NCBI RefSeq assembly: GCF_001194135.2
Contig: NC_068983.1
Coordinates: 60,030,430 to 60,068,550 of the forward strand
Length of the DNA: 38,121 nt
Direction of reading: 5' to 3'
Source: Octopus bimaculoides
Lineage: Eukaryota
Shown: positions 22,674 through 34,929 of the stretch, piece after piece
Numbering within the stretch: the first letter of the stretch is position 1
Layout: every line of letters starts with the position of its first letter
Position numbers and translations under genes: made by a program
Notes under the pieces: model-generated
Seen by the model: the letters and a program-made list of their open reading frames with translations, nothing else
Database searches by the model: none
Told to the model about the DNA's origin: nothing

Positions 22674-23747
22674 GTCAGTACTAATAAATTCTTATTTTGT
22701 TACTCAAATCAATTTATTATTATAGAATATAATGAGCATGTATAACAGTGTGTATACAATGATGTGAATATACTACTCATTGTTGCATTTTGCCAAGGAA
22801 GTGATTTGACTGAAGAGACACAATGAGGTTGAAACAGCACAATGTCTCAAAGTCACTTAACATCAATGAATTAAGTGTGCTGTCAACACACATTGATTGA
22901 AAGATGTTGCTCTCTGAAGGTGAAATACAAAAATGATTAGTCATATTTGCATTCAAATCTGCTGAAACATGTTATGAATGGATATACATATTATTGACTT
23001 TTTTATTAATTGATCCAGCAGTTATTATTCTTCATATTTAGATGACATATCAGTACATGCTTTCAATAATATTGTCATTAAAGATATTGGTAGCTCTAAT
23101 AAGGTGAGGTTTTGGATAAATCTTATGTCTTCTTATATTGCATTATTTTTGACACAAAAAAAGACAGCTTCCTGCCAGTTTGGGTGTGAGGTATTATTAT
23201 TGTGCAATGGATTTAAGTGCCACCACAAGATCAGTCCTTGCTGTGGTGTGGTGGTTTGTGTGTCACAATGGCAATGAGAGCTGTGCATTGTACTTCATTG
23301 TCTGCCTTGGCATGATTTCTATGGCTGGATGCCTTTCTTAATTCCATCCACTCTACAGAGAGTACTGAGTACTTTTCCCTGGCACCAGCATTAGTGAGGT
23401 CACCATGAAGTTTTCAAAACCAAGATCCTCCTCAACTGAGTTAAACTACGGTAGAAAAAGAGGCTAGGAGATGGGTGGTGGGTAATATAAAAGAGAAAGG
23501 GACAAAACAGAACAGGTTTCTTGCTGTAAAGGATCTACATTACAGAAGAGAGGATGGAAGTGATGAGGATGAAGCTGGAAAGGTGAAGTGTCAGAGTGGA
23601 CCCTCAAGGTCTGAGATGAGTAGACATGAGTGAGGATAAGAAAATAGAAAGTGTGGGTGAGAAGAGGTTGCAGGAGTGTAGGTGAGAGTAAGAGATGGTA
23701 TGTATGTGTATCATGCAAATTCACTGTTCCAGGAAAAGTGTGTTTAA

Positions 23748-23941
23748 CCCTTTAGCATTTAGATTACTGTCAAATGTAATGCTTGTTTATTCTCACTGTT
23801 TTGAATTAATCATGCATTATCTCATAGCTTTGAGATTTCAACGATGTGATTGTTTATTGTAGGATAGGTGAGTGAGTCTGGATCTATTCAGTTTGAATGT
23901 AAAAAAGGTAGAATATTTTGGTTGGTTTCAATACTAAAGGG
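23748..23941. mobile_element. piggyBac-type MITE, 194 bp, TTAA target duplication
   Basis: TTAA (23744-47) CCCTTTAGCATT ... AATACTAAAGGG TTAA (23942-45); TIR match 11/12. Confidence 0.85.
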
Positions 23942-24210
23942 TTAAACCATTAAGCATACAAAATCTATGATAAACCTAAGTAAAACTGACCTGTTAGAAA
24001 TGTATAACAAAAACAGTTTGTAATGAATAATGATTTGGGTCAAATTAGGTTGCATCAACAGTGTTTTAACAAGCATCAAGTTATGTCTCAACTCATTCAT
24101 TAATAAGATATACAGATATTTCTCTATTACACTAGTTATGTGTTAATTAAGTTACAGCTAACACACCAACTGTTTTATCATTTCTGATGACTGTCCATAC
24201 CTTATTTCAG

Positions 24211-24284
24211 GTAGGTCTATTTCTGGGAAATACTTTTGAACCAATCGTGATGGAAGACCTCTGGAACAGACGGGTATACAACAA
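24211..24284 (+). CDS. CACNA2D: alpha2/delta exon E8 (phase 0/2, 74 nt): VGLFLGNTFEPIVMEDLWNRRVYN(N)
   Basis: Acceptor ccttatttcAG and donor GTAAGT at 24285. Matches the family G-x-F-F-G-E-x-x-x-x-V-M-x-x-L. Confidence 0.93.
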
Positions 24285-24506
24285 GTAAGTAATGTTCAAA
24301 TATCAATGTTGCTTTGATATCGGACACTGCAGTTCCATATTACTGTTTAATTTATGAAATAATTTAGCAAAGTTATAAATAAAATAAACAAAGTGTTTAA
24401 AAAAATGGAAATGAAAATTTTCTAAATAAGCCAAAGTAAGTTAATTTTCATATAAAACTATATAAAATACATAGATTTTTCAAGATAGAACCTCAAAGAA
24501 AATTGT

Positions 24507-24554
<48 letters not shown>

Positions 24555-24772
24555 CATCATCATCAGCAGCAGCATCATCATCATTTAGCATTTGTTTTTC
24601 TTGCTAGCATGGGTTGGGTGGTTTAACAGGGCTAGCAAGCCACAGAGCTGTACTAAGCTCCAATGTCTGCTTTGGTATGGTTTATATGGATGGATGGTCT
24701 TACTAATGCCAACATTATCAGGCCAACATCCAGAGGTCATTCTTCACTACAGATAAAAATATATACATGTGT

Positions 24773-24815
<43 letters not shown>

Positions 24816-25122
24816 TGTGTGTGTGTATCTATGTATTTATGTATGTATACATATATACACACATATAGAGTATGAAAATATAAAAAGCATGAAGATGAGG
24901 TAAAAACAAACGGTTTACATGCTGGAAAATTAGAGAGAATAGACAAGAAGAGAAAAAATTGAGAGAGAAAAGAACAAACCTCTCAATTAGACAGTCACCA
25001 TGTGACATATGCATGGCATCTTGGTTTAGTGTCTTGTATGATAGTTCACCCCTTGTATATGTATATATATATATATATGTACGTATGCATATACATATAC
25101 CCATGCCTACACATACATTATA

Positions 25123-26383
25123 CAGGGTGCGTAAGATATTTGAGGACAGATTTATGTTCATAAAAAAAACAGATGTATAATAACAGATAACTTTATTTAT
25201 CAAAAAATGCAATGAGGATAAAAATAAACCTTCTTTTCTATAATGTTATTCAATAATGCCACCTTCAGCTTCAACAACTGCTTCTATATGAGATCTAAAT
25301 CATCTACATGCTCGAATCAAGTGGTCCTAATTTATTTTGGACATTACTCTAATTATGACAGCTTTCAAAGAATATTTGGTGTTATGGGCGAGTTCATTGA
25401 CCTCTCTTTCAACAACGCTCCACATGTAATAGTCCAATGGATTAAGATCTGGGGAATTAGGAGGCCAAATGTTAAGGGTTATGTGGTGATGAAAATTTTC
25501 AGCCATCCATTCCTGTGTTACTAGAGCCATGTGTGATAGTGCAGAGTCTTACTGAAACACATATGGCCTTCCATTGCATACACTGTTTATCCAGGGCTTA
25601 ACAATTATTTCCAGGACCTCAATGTAGGTGGCAGAGTTAACTCTAAGGCCTTGTAGAAAGAAGTAAGGAAGCATCACATGTCCTTCATTGCTGACAACCC
25701 CTAAAACTATGACAGTCACAGGAAATTTTGTATGCATAACACTTGGAACTTCAGAAGGGTCAGCTCATAAGCATCTGTCATTTCTTCTGTTAACTTTTTG
25801 ATTTTGGTCGAAGTTTTTCTTGTTTGAGAAAAACCAAATCAAATCTTCTTCTGCTGGATTTTTCAGTTTGTTTAAGAGCCTTTCAGATTTGATGTAGTGA
25901 TTTGTTTTTTGCTTTTTCTGACAAATTGACCTTTCCTTATCATATAAGACTTATATCTGATGTCTTCATGGACAACATTTCTGGCTGTTCCTTTTGAGAC
26001 ATAAAAATCTTTTGCAATTGACCTCATGAACTTTCTGGGATTATAATCAATGGTCTGTTGAACTTGCTGGATAAATTCAGGTGTTCTGATGCTTTCAGAG
26101 CATTTAGAATCCTTTTTATGTTTCTTCACTGGTGATATGTTTCCGTCTTCAGTCTCTAGCTCCTTACAAACTTTGTAGGCGAAAGATCTGGCAACTTTTA
26201 AAGATTGAGATATTTCTAAATTGCTATGTTCAGCCTTTATAACCACAATAACAGCATGCTTCTCCATTTCTTGAGTAAGCCGAGTGTCTGCCATTATTAA
26301 TTTCTGAAACAAAGATTATAACAGTTAGGAAAATATGCAGCAATGACCCTAAAAAGGTATGTCCTCAAATACCTTACACACCT

Positions 26384-26385
<2 letters not shown>
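25123..26385 (-). mobile_element. Full-length inactive Tc1/mariner element of the DD37D (maT/mori) family, 1263 bp
   Basis: 26-bp TIRs CAGGGTGCGTAAGATATTTGAGGACA / TGTCCTCAAATACCTTACACACCTTG (23/26), with TA on both sides. Confidence 0.95.
25246..26294 (-). pseudogene. DD37D transposase pseudogene
   Basis: ATG at 26294 to TAA at 25246 (1049 nt, not a multiple of 3). Contains an HTH region (NPRKFMRSIAKD), WFFSNKKNF (first Asp lost), an in-frame stop before DSA, and WPPNSPDLNPLD with 37 residues between the second and third Asp. Confidence 0.93.
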
Positions 26386-26463
<78 letters not shown>

Positions 26464-27214
26464 AAGAGAGAGAGGGAAAGAGAGAGAGAGAAATATATAG
26501 ATATATGTGTATGAAATGCTATAATTAATTGAAATTTCATTTGAATATTTTTTGTAAATAATTCAATAAAAAGTAAAATGCAATTTTGAATTTTAATAAA
26601 AGAGAAAAAGAAAACTGAAAAAAAAAACAAAAAAACAAACATAAATCTGAAATGAAAATTAAAAGAAACAGAATAAATTTAATTTCAATTTACAAATTTA
26701 TTCAAACCCTAATTATACTGTGCAAAATTCTGTAATTTGTAATTCTATGGTTTGACAATTAGAGTTTTGTTGATGGTTTAGCTGTTTATTCACCTGTCTT
26801 CAAGTATGATAATATTTCCCCATGACTTGATATGTTTTCACAAACAGGAAATAGAGGATGCCAGAAACACTCATATCATGTGCATATACGTGTATACACA
26901 CACACACACATATATGACAAGTTTCTTTCAGTTTCCATCTACTTAATTCATTCACAAGGCTTTTGTCAGCCCAGAGTTATCATACAAGACACTAAACCAA
27001 AATGCCATGCATATGAATTATTCTGACTACCATTTTCATAGACACTATATCTAGGACTACATTATCCAAAATAAGTTTCCTTTTCTGTGATAATAAGGTG
27101 TGATATGCAGGAGTTTTAACTGCTATTGCTAGCAGCAGATTGAACATCCCTGCTTCTGTATATACATGCAATGTTTATGACATGACTTATTTTAACTACT
27201 ATTTTCTTTCACAG

Positions 27215-27293
27215 TTTTACCATCACGGACTATCAAGCTGAATGCCATCCAAAGAATTCTAACGGCCCCAACTCTGCTGAAGCATTAATAAAT
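27215..27293 (+). CDS. CACNA2D: alpha2/delta exon E9 (phase 2/0, 79 nt): (N)FTITDYQAECHPKNSNGPNSAEALIN
   Basis: Acceptor attttctttcacAG and donor GTGAGT at 27294. Contains the diagnostic D-Y-Q-x-x-C motif. Confidence 0.95.
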
Positions 27294-28762
27294 GTGAGTT
27301 TTTTCTTAAGTCTTGCATTTTTTCATTTATAACAAAAGCAAGAGAGTGCACAACCAAGGCTTTGCAGTGCTGAATACCAATTAGCAGATCAATGGTAGGG
27401 TACTTAATACCACTTAAGATATAACTGAACCATTTTTTGTCACCAATGAAGCATCATAGTCTGTGGTCATCTCCAAGTCACTTAACTCACAACTGTTTCT
27501 GTTTAGATTGAAATGAATACCTTAGAATTGTTTAATTCATGGCTGCAAATAGAAAAGTCTTGTAAATTTTACAAATGCTCTGTTAACTTGCTGAGCTGAT
27601 TTGCAATATCCTTGCAAGATTGGGAGAAGGTAATTGGAAACTGCTTTGGTGTAATTCTTCCTTTGAATTGCAATGTGTTAGGCTTTTTATTTATCAACCC
27701 TGAAAGGATAAAAAGCAAAATAGATCTTCATGGAATTTGAACTCAAGATGCAGAGTATCAGAACAAATATCACAACACATTCTAACTGATACAGTATGAA
27801 TTATTGTTGGTGGAGTACTTTAACCAAAACTGTAGCATGAGCAAAATAAGAGTGCAACAGTTTTAATTTAGTCTCAGTGGGAACCAACTACACTGCTATA
27901 ATTTCTTCTAAGCTTTAATAACAGAAAGGACAACTGCTACAAAAATAGTCTCTGCAGTTTCTACTATTCAAATAATAATAAAGATCTACATGTTAAACAA
28001 ACACTCCATTGGATAGTATTGGTGGGTCTCATACAGAGAATATTTATATAGCTAGCTGTGTTATTGGAAATCTAATCCACACACACATGCACACACACAG
28101 TTATCAACTTGATAAAATAGTGTATGGAGGATTATCTTTCTAGAAATGAAGAAAAAAATAACAGAAGAGAATTTGGAATTGGTTTTGTAATTTGATCCAG
28201 ATTGATGTCTGTGTTTTCCTCCCAACTTCTACTTCCAATTGATGACTAGTGATAGTGGTTTTGGCTTTGCTTATTGGTGTCTGTTGCGATGTGTAATTAA
28301 GTTGTAAGCAAAGTAACTATCAATCATGTAATCTGCTCTAATTTGTTACAATCCTCGAAGATAATTGGACTCTTATGGTTTTGTCAGTTTTTGGTAATTA
28401 TAAGGAATTGAGGATTCATTCTAAATGAATATACTGGTAAATATTAGTAAATTCGTAAATGTTATGGTAAGGAATTATAATTCTTTGAATTGCATTGAAT
28501 TTCCTTTCTTTAAGAATAATGAAAGTCACATCATGTCATGAGATAGAAAAGATATTTTCAATGTGATATTCAATGGAGTTGAATGTATTGTCATTGTGTA
28601 TACAAACACAATGTACACTGCAACCAAAGTTTTCAGTAATAACAATTAATGTGGATGCATATCGTGTGAGTGTGTCTCCCTCCTTCTCACTCTCTCACTC
28701 TCTTTCTTTCTCTCTATATATATGTGTGTATGTGTGTGTGTGTATTTATATATGTATGTATT

Positions 28763-28804
<42 letters not shown>

Positions 28805-29531
28805 TACATGTACATATAGATAGCTATATATACATATGCTCATATAGATATATATATGTACATACACACACGCATACATAGATAGAAATACATATTCTCA
28901 TATACACACACGTGTGTGTAAATGTCAAATGACACATAGAATACAATAGTTTTAGTAATAATGCAATTATTACAAAATAACATAATTACATTTGAAAAAT
29001 TTCTTGATTAAATGAAAATCATAATTCATGGTAAACCCAAACCAAACTGTATAAAAGATTCAATAAACAAACAAAAAAGAACAGCAACTAAGAGAATGTA
29101 AAGTTTTCAGGAAGCTTTCAAATAAAAGAATTAATGAATGCATAAGTTTGTGAATTCCAGAACGGGCTTTATGATAACTATTAAGAGATCAAGGGAAGAA
29201 AGTGAACACATTTCTAAATAGAAAACTACTAAACTAACATTTATTATGAAAGGAAGAAGAAGAAAACTGTTAATTTTATATAAAATATAAAAATAAATGC
29301 TGTTGTTGTCTTGTAGCAACAAATACATAATAACTTGGGGCAGACAATGTTAAATAATTCAAATATTTTAAAGCAGTGAATTGGTTGAGAAAATGTCAGC
29401 AGTTTTTAGTTATGGTCCTTTATGTTCTGTGTTCAAATCTGACTGGCGGGGGATCAATAAAATAATGTAAAAGTGAAATACTGGAGTGATTCTTGTAATG
29501 TGTCTAAGATATAGATGGAACCATAATGAAA

Positions 29532-29602
<71 letters not shown>

Positions 29603-29849
29603 AATGAAATTGTTATTGATATTATCCAACACAATGAGTTGTAGCTTAACTTGTTAAAAACCAGAGCTAAATCCCCTTTGAATTTTACCTTATCATCTGC
29701 CTGTACCTGAAAAATAAGATATGGTCATGACTGGAATGTCTTTGCATAGAGGTTTGTTCAATCAAGACTGACCTTTGACTAAATAACAACAGCAGCAACA
29801 ACGATTAATTGAACATTTTCAGTAACACCATTGAAGGTATTAGAATATC

Positions 29850-30060
29850 GGCTTCAAAATTTTGGCACAAGACCAGCAATTTCATAGGAGGGGATAAGTC
29901 GATTACATCAACCCCAGTGCTCAACTGGTACTTATTTCATCGACCCAAAAAGGGATGAAAGGCAAAGTCGACCTCAGCAGAATTGGAACTCAGAACATAA
30001 AAAATAGACAAAATACCACAAAACATTTTGCCCAGCTTGCTAACAATTCAGCCAGCCTGC
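29850..30060 (-). mobile_element. SINE family D here (also - at 33268-33470 and about 27690-27790; + fragments at about 8379-8470, 29370-29500, 30367-30448)
   Basis: Dispersed copies sharing gtcgattacatcaacccc...caactggtacttattt...gatgaaaggcaaagtcga...gaatttgaactc. Confidence 0.85.
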
Positions 30061-30448
30061 TATCTTGATGTATTAAAATATTGAGCTGCATGAAGGATTG
30101 GTTGAGGTTCCAGAATATTTTTGGTTTGAGGTCATAAAGATTTGAATGCATTGTTTTGTGTAATTTTCACTGACCCCTATAGATAAAATAGAACAAGCTA
30201 AAATGATTGGATACCATAGAACATATGCCAGATGAATCCTCGACTCATCACATGATAAGGATTATCTGTTATTAATTTAATTTAATTTAATTGAAATCAT
30301 TCAAATCTAGCTATGTTTTGCTTTGCTTTTCAGTTTCCCAATGTCAATAATATTAAGAAGTGTTGGGTTCAAATTCCACTGGTTGTGCACTAGGGTTGAT
30401 GTAATCGACCAGCTCCCACCCCCAAAATTTCCAGCTTTGTGCCTATAG

Positions 30449-31400
30449 TCATCATCATCATCATCGTTTAACGTCCGCTTTCCATGCTAGCATGGGTTGG
30501 ACGATTTGACTGAGGACTGGTGAAACCGGATGGCAACACCAGGCTCCAGTCTGATTTGGCAGAGTTTCTACAGCTGGATGCCCTTCCTAACGCCAACCAC
30601 TCAGAGAGTGTAGTGGGTGCTTTTACGTGTCACCCGCACGAAAACGGCCACGCTCGAAATGGTGTCTTTTATGTGCCACCCGCACAAGCCAGTCCAGGGG
30701 CACTGGCAACGATCTCGCTCGAAAATCCTACAGGAGCCAGTCAGGCNNNNNNNNNNNNNNNNNNNNNNNNNNNNNNNNNNNNNNNNNNNNNNNNNNNNNN
30801 NNNNNNNNNNNNNNNNNNNNNNNNNNNNNNNNNNNNNNNNNNNNNNNNNNNNNNNNNNNNNNNNNNNNNNNNNNNNNNNNNNNNNNNNNNNNNNNNNNNN
30901 NNNNNNNNNNNNNNNNNNNNNNNNNNNNNNNNNNNNNNNNNNNNNNNNNNNNNNNNNNNNNNNNNNNNNNNNNNNNNNNNNNNNNNNNNNNNNNNNNNNN
31001 NNNNNNNNNNNNNNNNNNNNNNNNNNNNNNNNNNNNNNNNNNNNNNNNNNNNNNNNNGCTTCTAATGTTCAGCTTTTCTCTCAAGATACTTACACTCTGA
31101 CGGGTATTCACATTGACATTACACATCCAACGGAGCATACTGGCTTCATTCCTTGCGAGCTTACGTATGTCCTCAGCAGTTACAGCCCATGTTTCACTGC
31201 CATGTAGCATGGTTGTTCGTACGCATGCGTCATACAGTCTGCCTTTTACTCTGAGTGAGAGTCCCTTTGTCGCCAGCAGGGGTAAGAGCTCTCTAAACTT
31301 TGCCCAGGCTATTCTTATTCTAGCAGCTACACTTTCAGCGCACCCACCCCCACTACTAACTTGGTCGCCCAGATAGCGGAAGCTATCGACTACCTCTAGT
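30449..31400 (-). mobile_element. Young 5'-truncated RTE LINE: ORF C-terminus, 3'UTR and (ATG)n tail, interrupted by an assembly gap
   Basis: Stop-free LEVVDSFRYLGDQVSSGGGCAESVAARIRIAWAKFRELLPLLATKGLSLRVKGRLYDACVRTTMLHGSETWAVTAEDIRKLARNEASMLRWMCNV (31058-31399). CpGs are retained. Confidence 0.93.
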
Positions 31401-32159
31401 AGAAAGGAATATTAAGTACCAGTCAAATACTCAGGTCAATGATATAACTGACGCTTATTTTCCACCCCACCAATAATTTCTGTCCTTGTGCTTGTATAAG
31501 AAATCAATTATATATAATGAGATGTTACATTTTTAATGAGATAGATTATTTTGGCTCTTTCTAACATGTCATTTCCCAGAACAATTGCAGAAAGGAACAC
31601 CCACCTATCATTCTCAGTTGACAGTCTGACAGGAAATATGTCTTATTACTTATAAACATTACTGAAAACCCTTATTTACAACAATAAATGAATGAAAACA
31701 GTAAAGGACACACAAATCACATTTGGTTGTGATTACTTCAAAATTCCACTGCCTTTGCTAACCTCATATACCCTCATATTATCTGTTACATACCCCTAGA
31801 GGAATAAATGTACCCAGGGTTAAGAAACCCTGTCCCAGCTGTATAAAAATCAAATTGAAGATTGTTAAAATTTGAACTTCAAAGAAAAAAATATCCAATC
31901 AGATATTATATATTATCTAGTTAAGCTTAAAATTTTTTTTTCAACCAAAATATCCTTGCAGAAAAAATATAGATATCAAATTTAATTTATCGTGAAATAG
32001 TCTGAAAATTTTCCCAAATTCTGGGAAATTTTCAGCTTGAAAATGTTTATATGATAAGCAGTATACATTGGTAAACGGGAACTCTACCGTAAATGATACT
32101 ACTTTTTTTTTATTTCCTTTCATGTGCAAATATACATCCAATTCAATTTATTGAATGTA

Positions 32160-32238
<79 letters not shown>

Positions 32239-33601
32239 CATGTTCATGTGTGAAAGTGTGTGTGAGAGAGAGAGAATGAGAGGTGATGCAGGAGGAGGAG
32301 GAGGAGGAGGAAAAAGAGAGATGCACACGCATAGACAGTATTCTATGCATGCTTTTAGTTAGTGCTCCAATGAAGAAACCAGATGAATTAATCCTGACAG
32401 ATGGATTTGGCTGAAAATTCTCATGCCAAACATCATCAAAAACTCTGTTGGATGTCAGAAGTTCTAACATGTAGAAGTGAATCTGAATTTTTGGAAACTC
32501 GATGGTTGCTATGCAACCAGCAAGGTTGGAGTTAGAACTAGGAAACATAGAATGAATGGGAAATGTCATAAAAACAGTAAAATAATCATAATAAAGACAC
32601 AGCTTTTAGGAGTAAGGGGTTTGATGGTCAAGTAAAATTTTGGATATCATCATCATCATCATCATTGTTTTAACATCCACTTTTCCTTACAGACAGAATT
32701 TCTTGTGGCAGATTTCTATGGCTGCATACCCTTGTAGGCAATCTCATTTGAATCAGTGACATCATGTTTCAATGGGAGTCATCTATAATTATCTCCCTGT
32801 TGCATGAAGTTCATTGCTTAATTTCCCGTTCATTTGTCAACTAGGTGGTGCTCGTTACCTAGATAAAAAAGACATACATGGACAGGTAACATTCTCTTTT
32901 TCTCGCATACTGCCTGTGACTAGCTATGGTTCCCCATCCCTGTACCTGCTATGAGACTTCTTGTTGATTGAATATTTTTCAATCCCCTTTACCAGTCATG
33001 GAATATGGCAAGACAAAACTTTCCCTTATTCAAATACCATTCTGTTCTATTGAATAATAATGTACACGCTGTGTAAATGCTCTCATCCCATATCGGGATA
33101 AATTCCTCATGTACAGGAAGTCTTCACAATCTCACACGAGTTGTTGTTGTTCTTCACCAGATTGATTCTAACAGCTATCAAGGAATGACCGAACATTATA
33201 TTAAATTTGGTGGGCTAAACACCCACTAAGCTCTTCCTATTTTTAACCTTCACTTGTTTCCAAACAAGGCTTCAAATTTTGGTGCAAGACCAACAATTTT
33301 AGAGGAGGGTGCAATCGATTCCATTGACCCCCTACTCAACTGGTACTTATTTTATTGATCCAAAAGAGATGAAAGGTAAAGTCAATCTCCATAGAATTTG
33401 AACTCTGAATATAAAGACAGACGAAATGCTAAGCATTTTGGCCAGAGTGCTAATGGCTCTGCCAGCTTGCTGTCTTATAACAAGGCAATAATATTTCCCC
33501 ATGGCCAGACACATTTGTGCAGGAGACTGGAAATGAATTATGTTGCTTGTATGACAGTGATACTCATTTACAACTACCATGCAATGGCAAAAAAGGGGGG
33601 G

Positions 33602-33632
<31 letters not shown>

Positions 33633-34281
33633 TACATACAATCAACCAACCAACTCACATTACAAATACAATTTGTAACAGGAACAGTAAAAAAAATTTT
33701 CACAGGTGTGACACTGTTTTTGTTATCGACATTTTTCAATAATGGAGCTTTGTACCTTTGTAACAAAACCACCTCTTTCATCAGAGGAAGAATTTAAATA
33801 ATTAAAAGCAGAAGAGAACATACATATAGACATCTACACACACATACATACATGCATACTTTGAATACAATTAAAGTATGAGCTCTATGTGAAATTTATG
33901 CTTTTCTGTTTATATGTTATTTATATATATATGTGTGTGTGCGAGAGAGAGATGCTTCTTTCACCTTCTTTCTACTAAATCCACTGACAAGGCATTGGTT
34001 GGTCTGAGGCTATAGCAGAAGACACTTGCCAAAGGAGTCATGCGGTGGGACTAAACTTGAAACTATGTGGTTGGGATGTCATTTTGATCTATAATTTATT
34101 GTTTTCCATAGAAATGAGTGCTTTCCCACATAAATTTGCACTTAATTTCTGAAGATTAGGCAGCTATAAGGTGATGCACAAGCACTCAGCTCTGGCTGCA
34201 CTGCATCTTATAGCAGAAACAGATGTGAACTAATGAAGTTCATTGCTTAATTTCCTGTTCATTTGTCATTTATTTAATTCC

Positions 34282-34353
<72 letters not shown>

Positions 34354-34897
34354 ATGCCATTGTTCAGTTTTATTTCAAGATTTCTTGCAAATAGAGAAAG
34401 AGCTGGTTTCTAACCTAGATCCAAGGTTCCATCATTGGAATTTCAACATCAACAACAGGGTATGTATGTATGTATGTATGTATGCATGCATGCATGCATA
34501 TATGTATGTATGTATGTGTGTATGTATGTATCTATGTATGTATGTAATAATCATCAGCAACAGCAGCAGCATCCCCCGGACATTACTGTCTCAAGGCCTT
34601 GGATTTGTAGGGCCAACTATTGGATTTCCTTGGCATATAAGTAACAAAGCTCCTAATATTTCCACTGGACAGGACACCAGTTGACCACAGGATTAATCAT
34701 TTACAGCAGAGTGAACTGTTGTAATGTGAAATGAAGTGTTTTACTCAATTACACATTGCACCACCTGCTCCAGGAACTGAAACCATGAGCTGGTGATCAT
34801 CAGCGCTACACTCTAACCATTAGGCCACAAAACTTCACTCTTTTTTTATCTCACTCTTTCTCTCTTTCTACCTCTATCACTCTCTGTATCTCTCTCG

Positions 34898-34929
<32 letters not shown>

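Noticed and set aside
30335-30394. Acceptor followed by FPNVNNIKKCW as the exon after E9
   Set aside because: It runs into SINE sequence, has no good donor and ends in a stop.
32120-32569. 149-aa minus-strand ORF
   Set aside because: About half is microsatellite-derived, and the rest shows no recognisable motif or splice support.
32844-32885. Exon-like GGARYLDKKDIHGQ ending in CAG|GTAACA
   Set aside because: The wrong phase to follow E9, and it is adjacent to a repeat also found at about 34230-34270.
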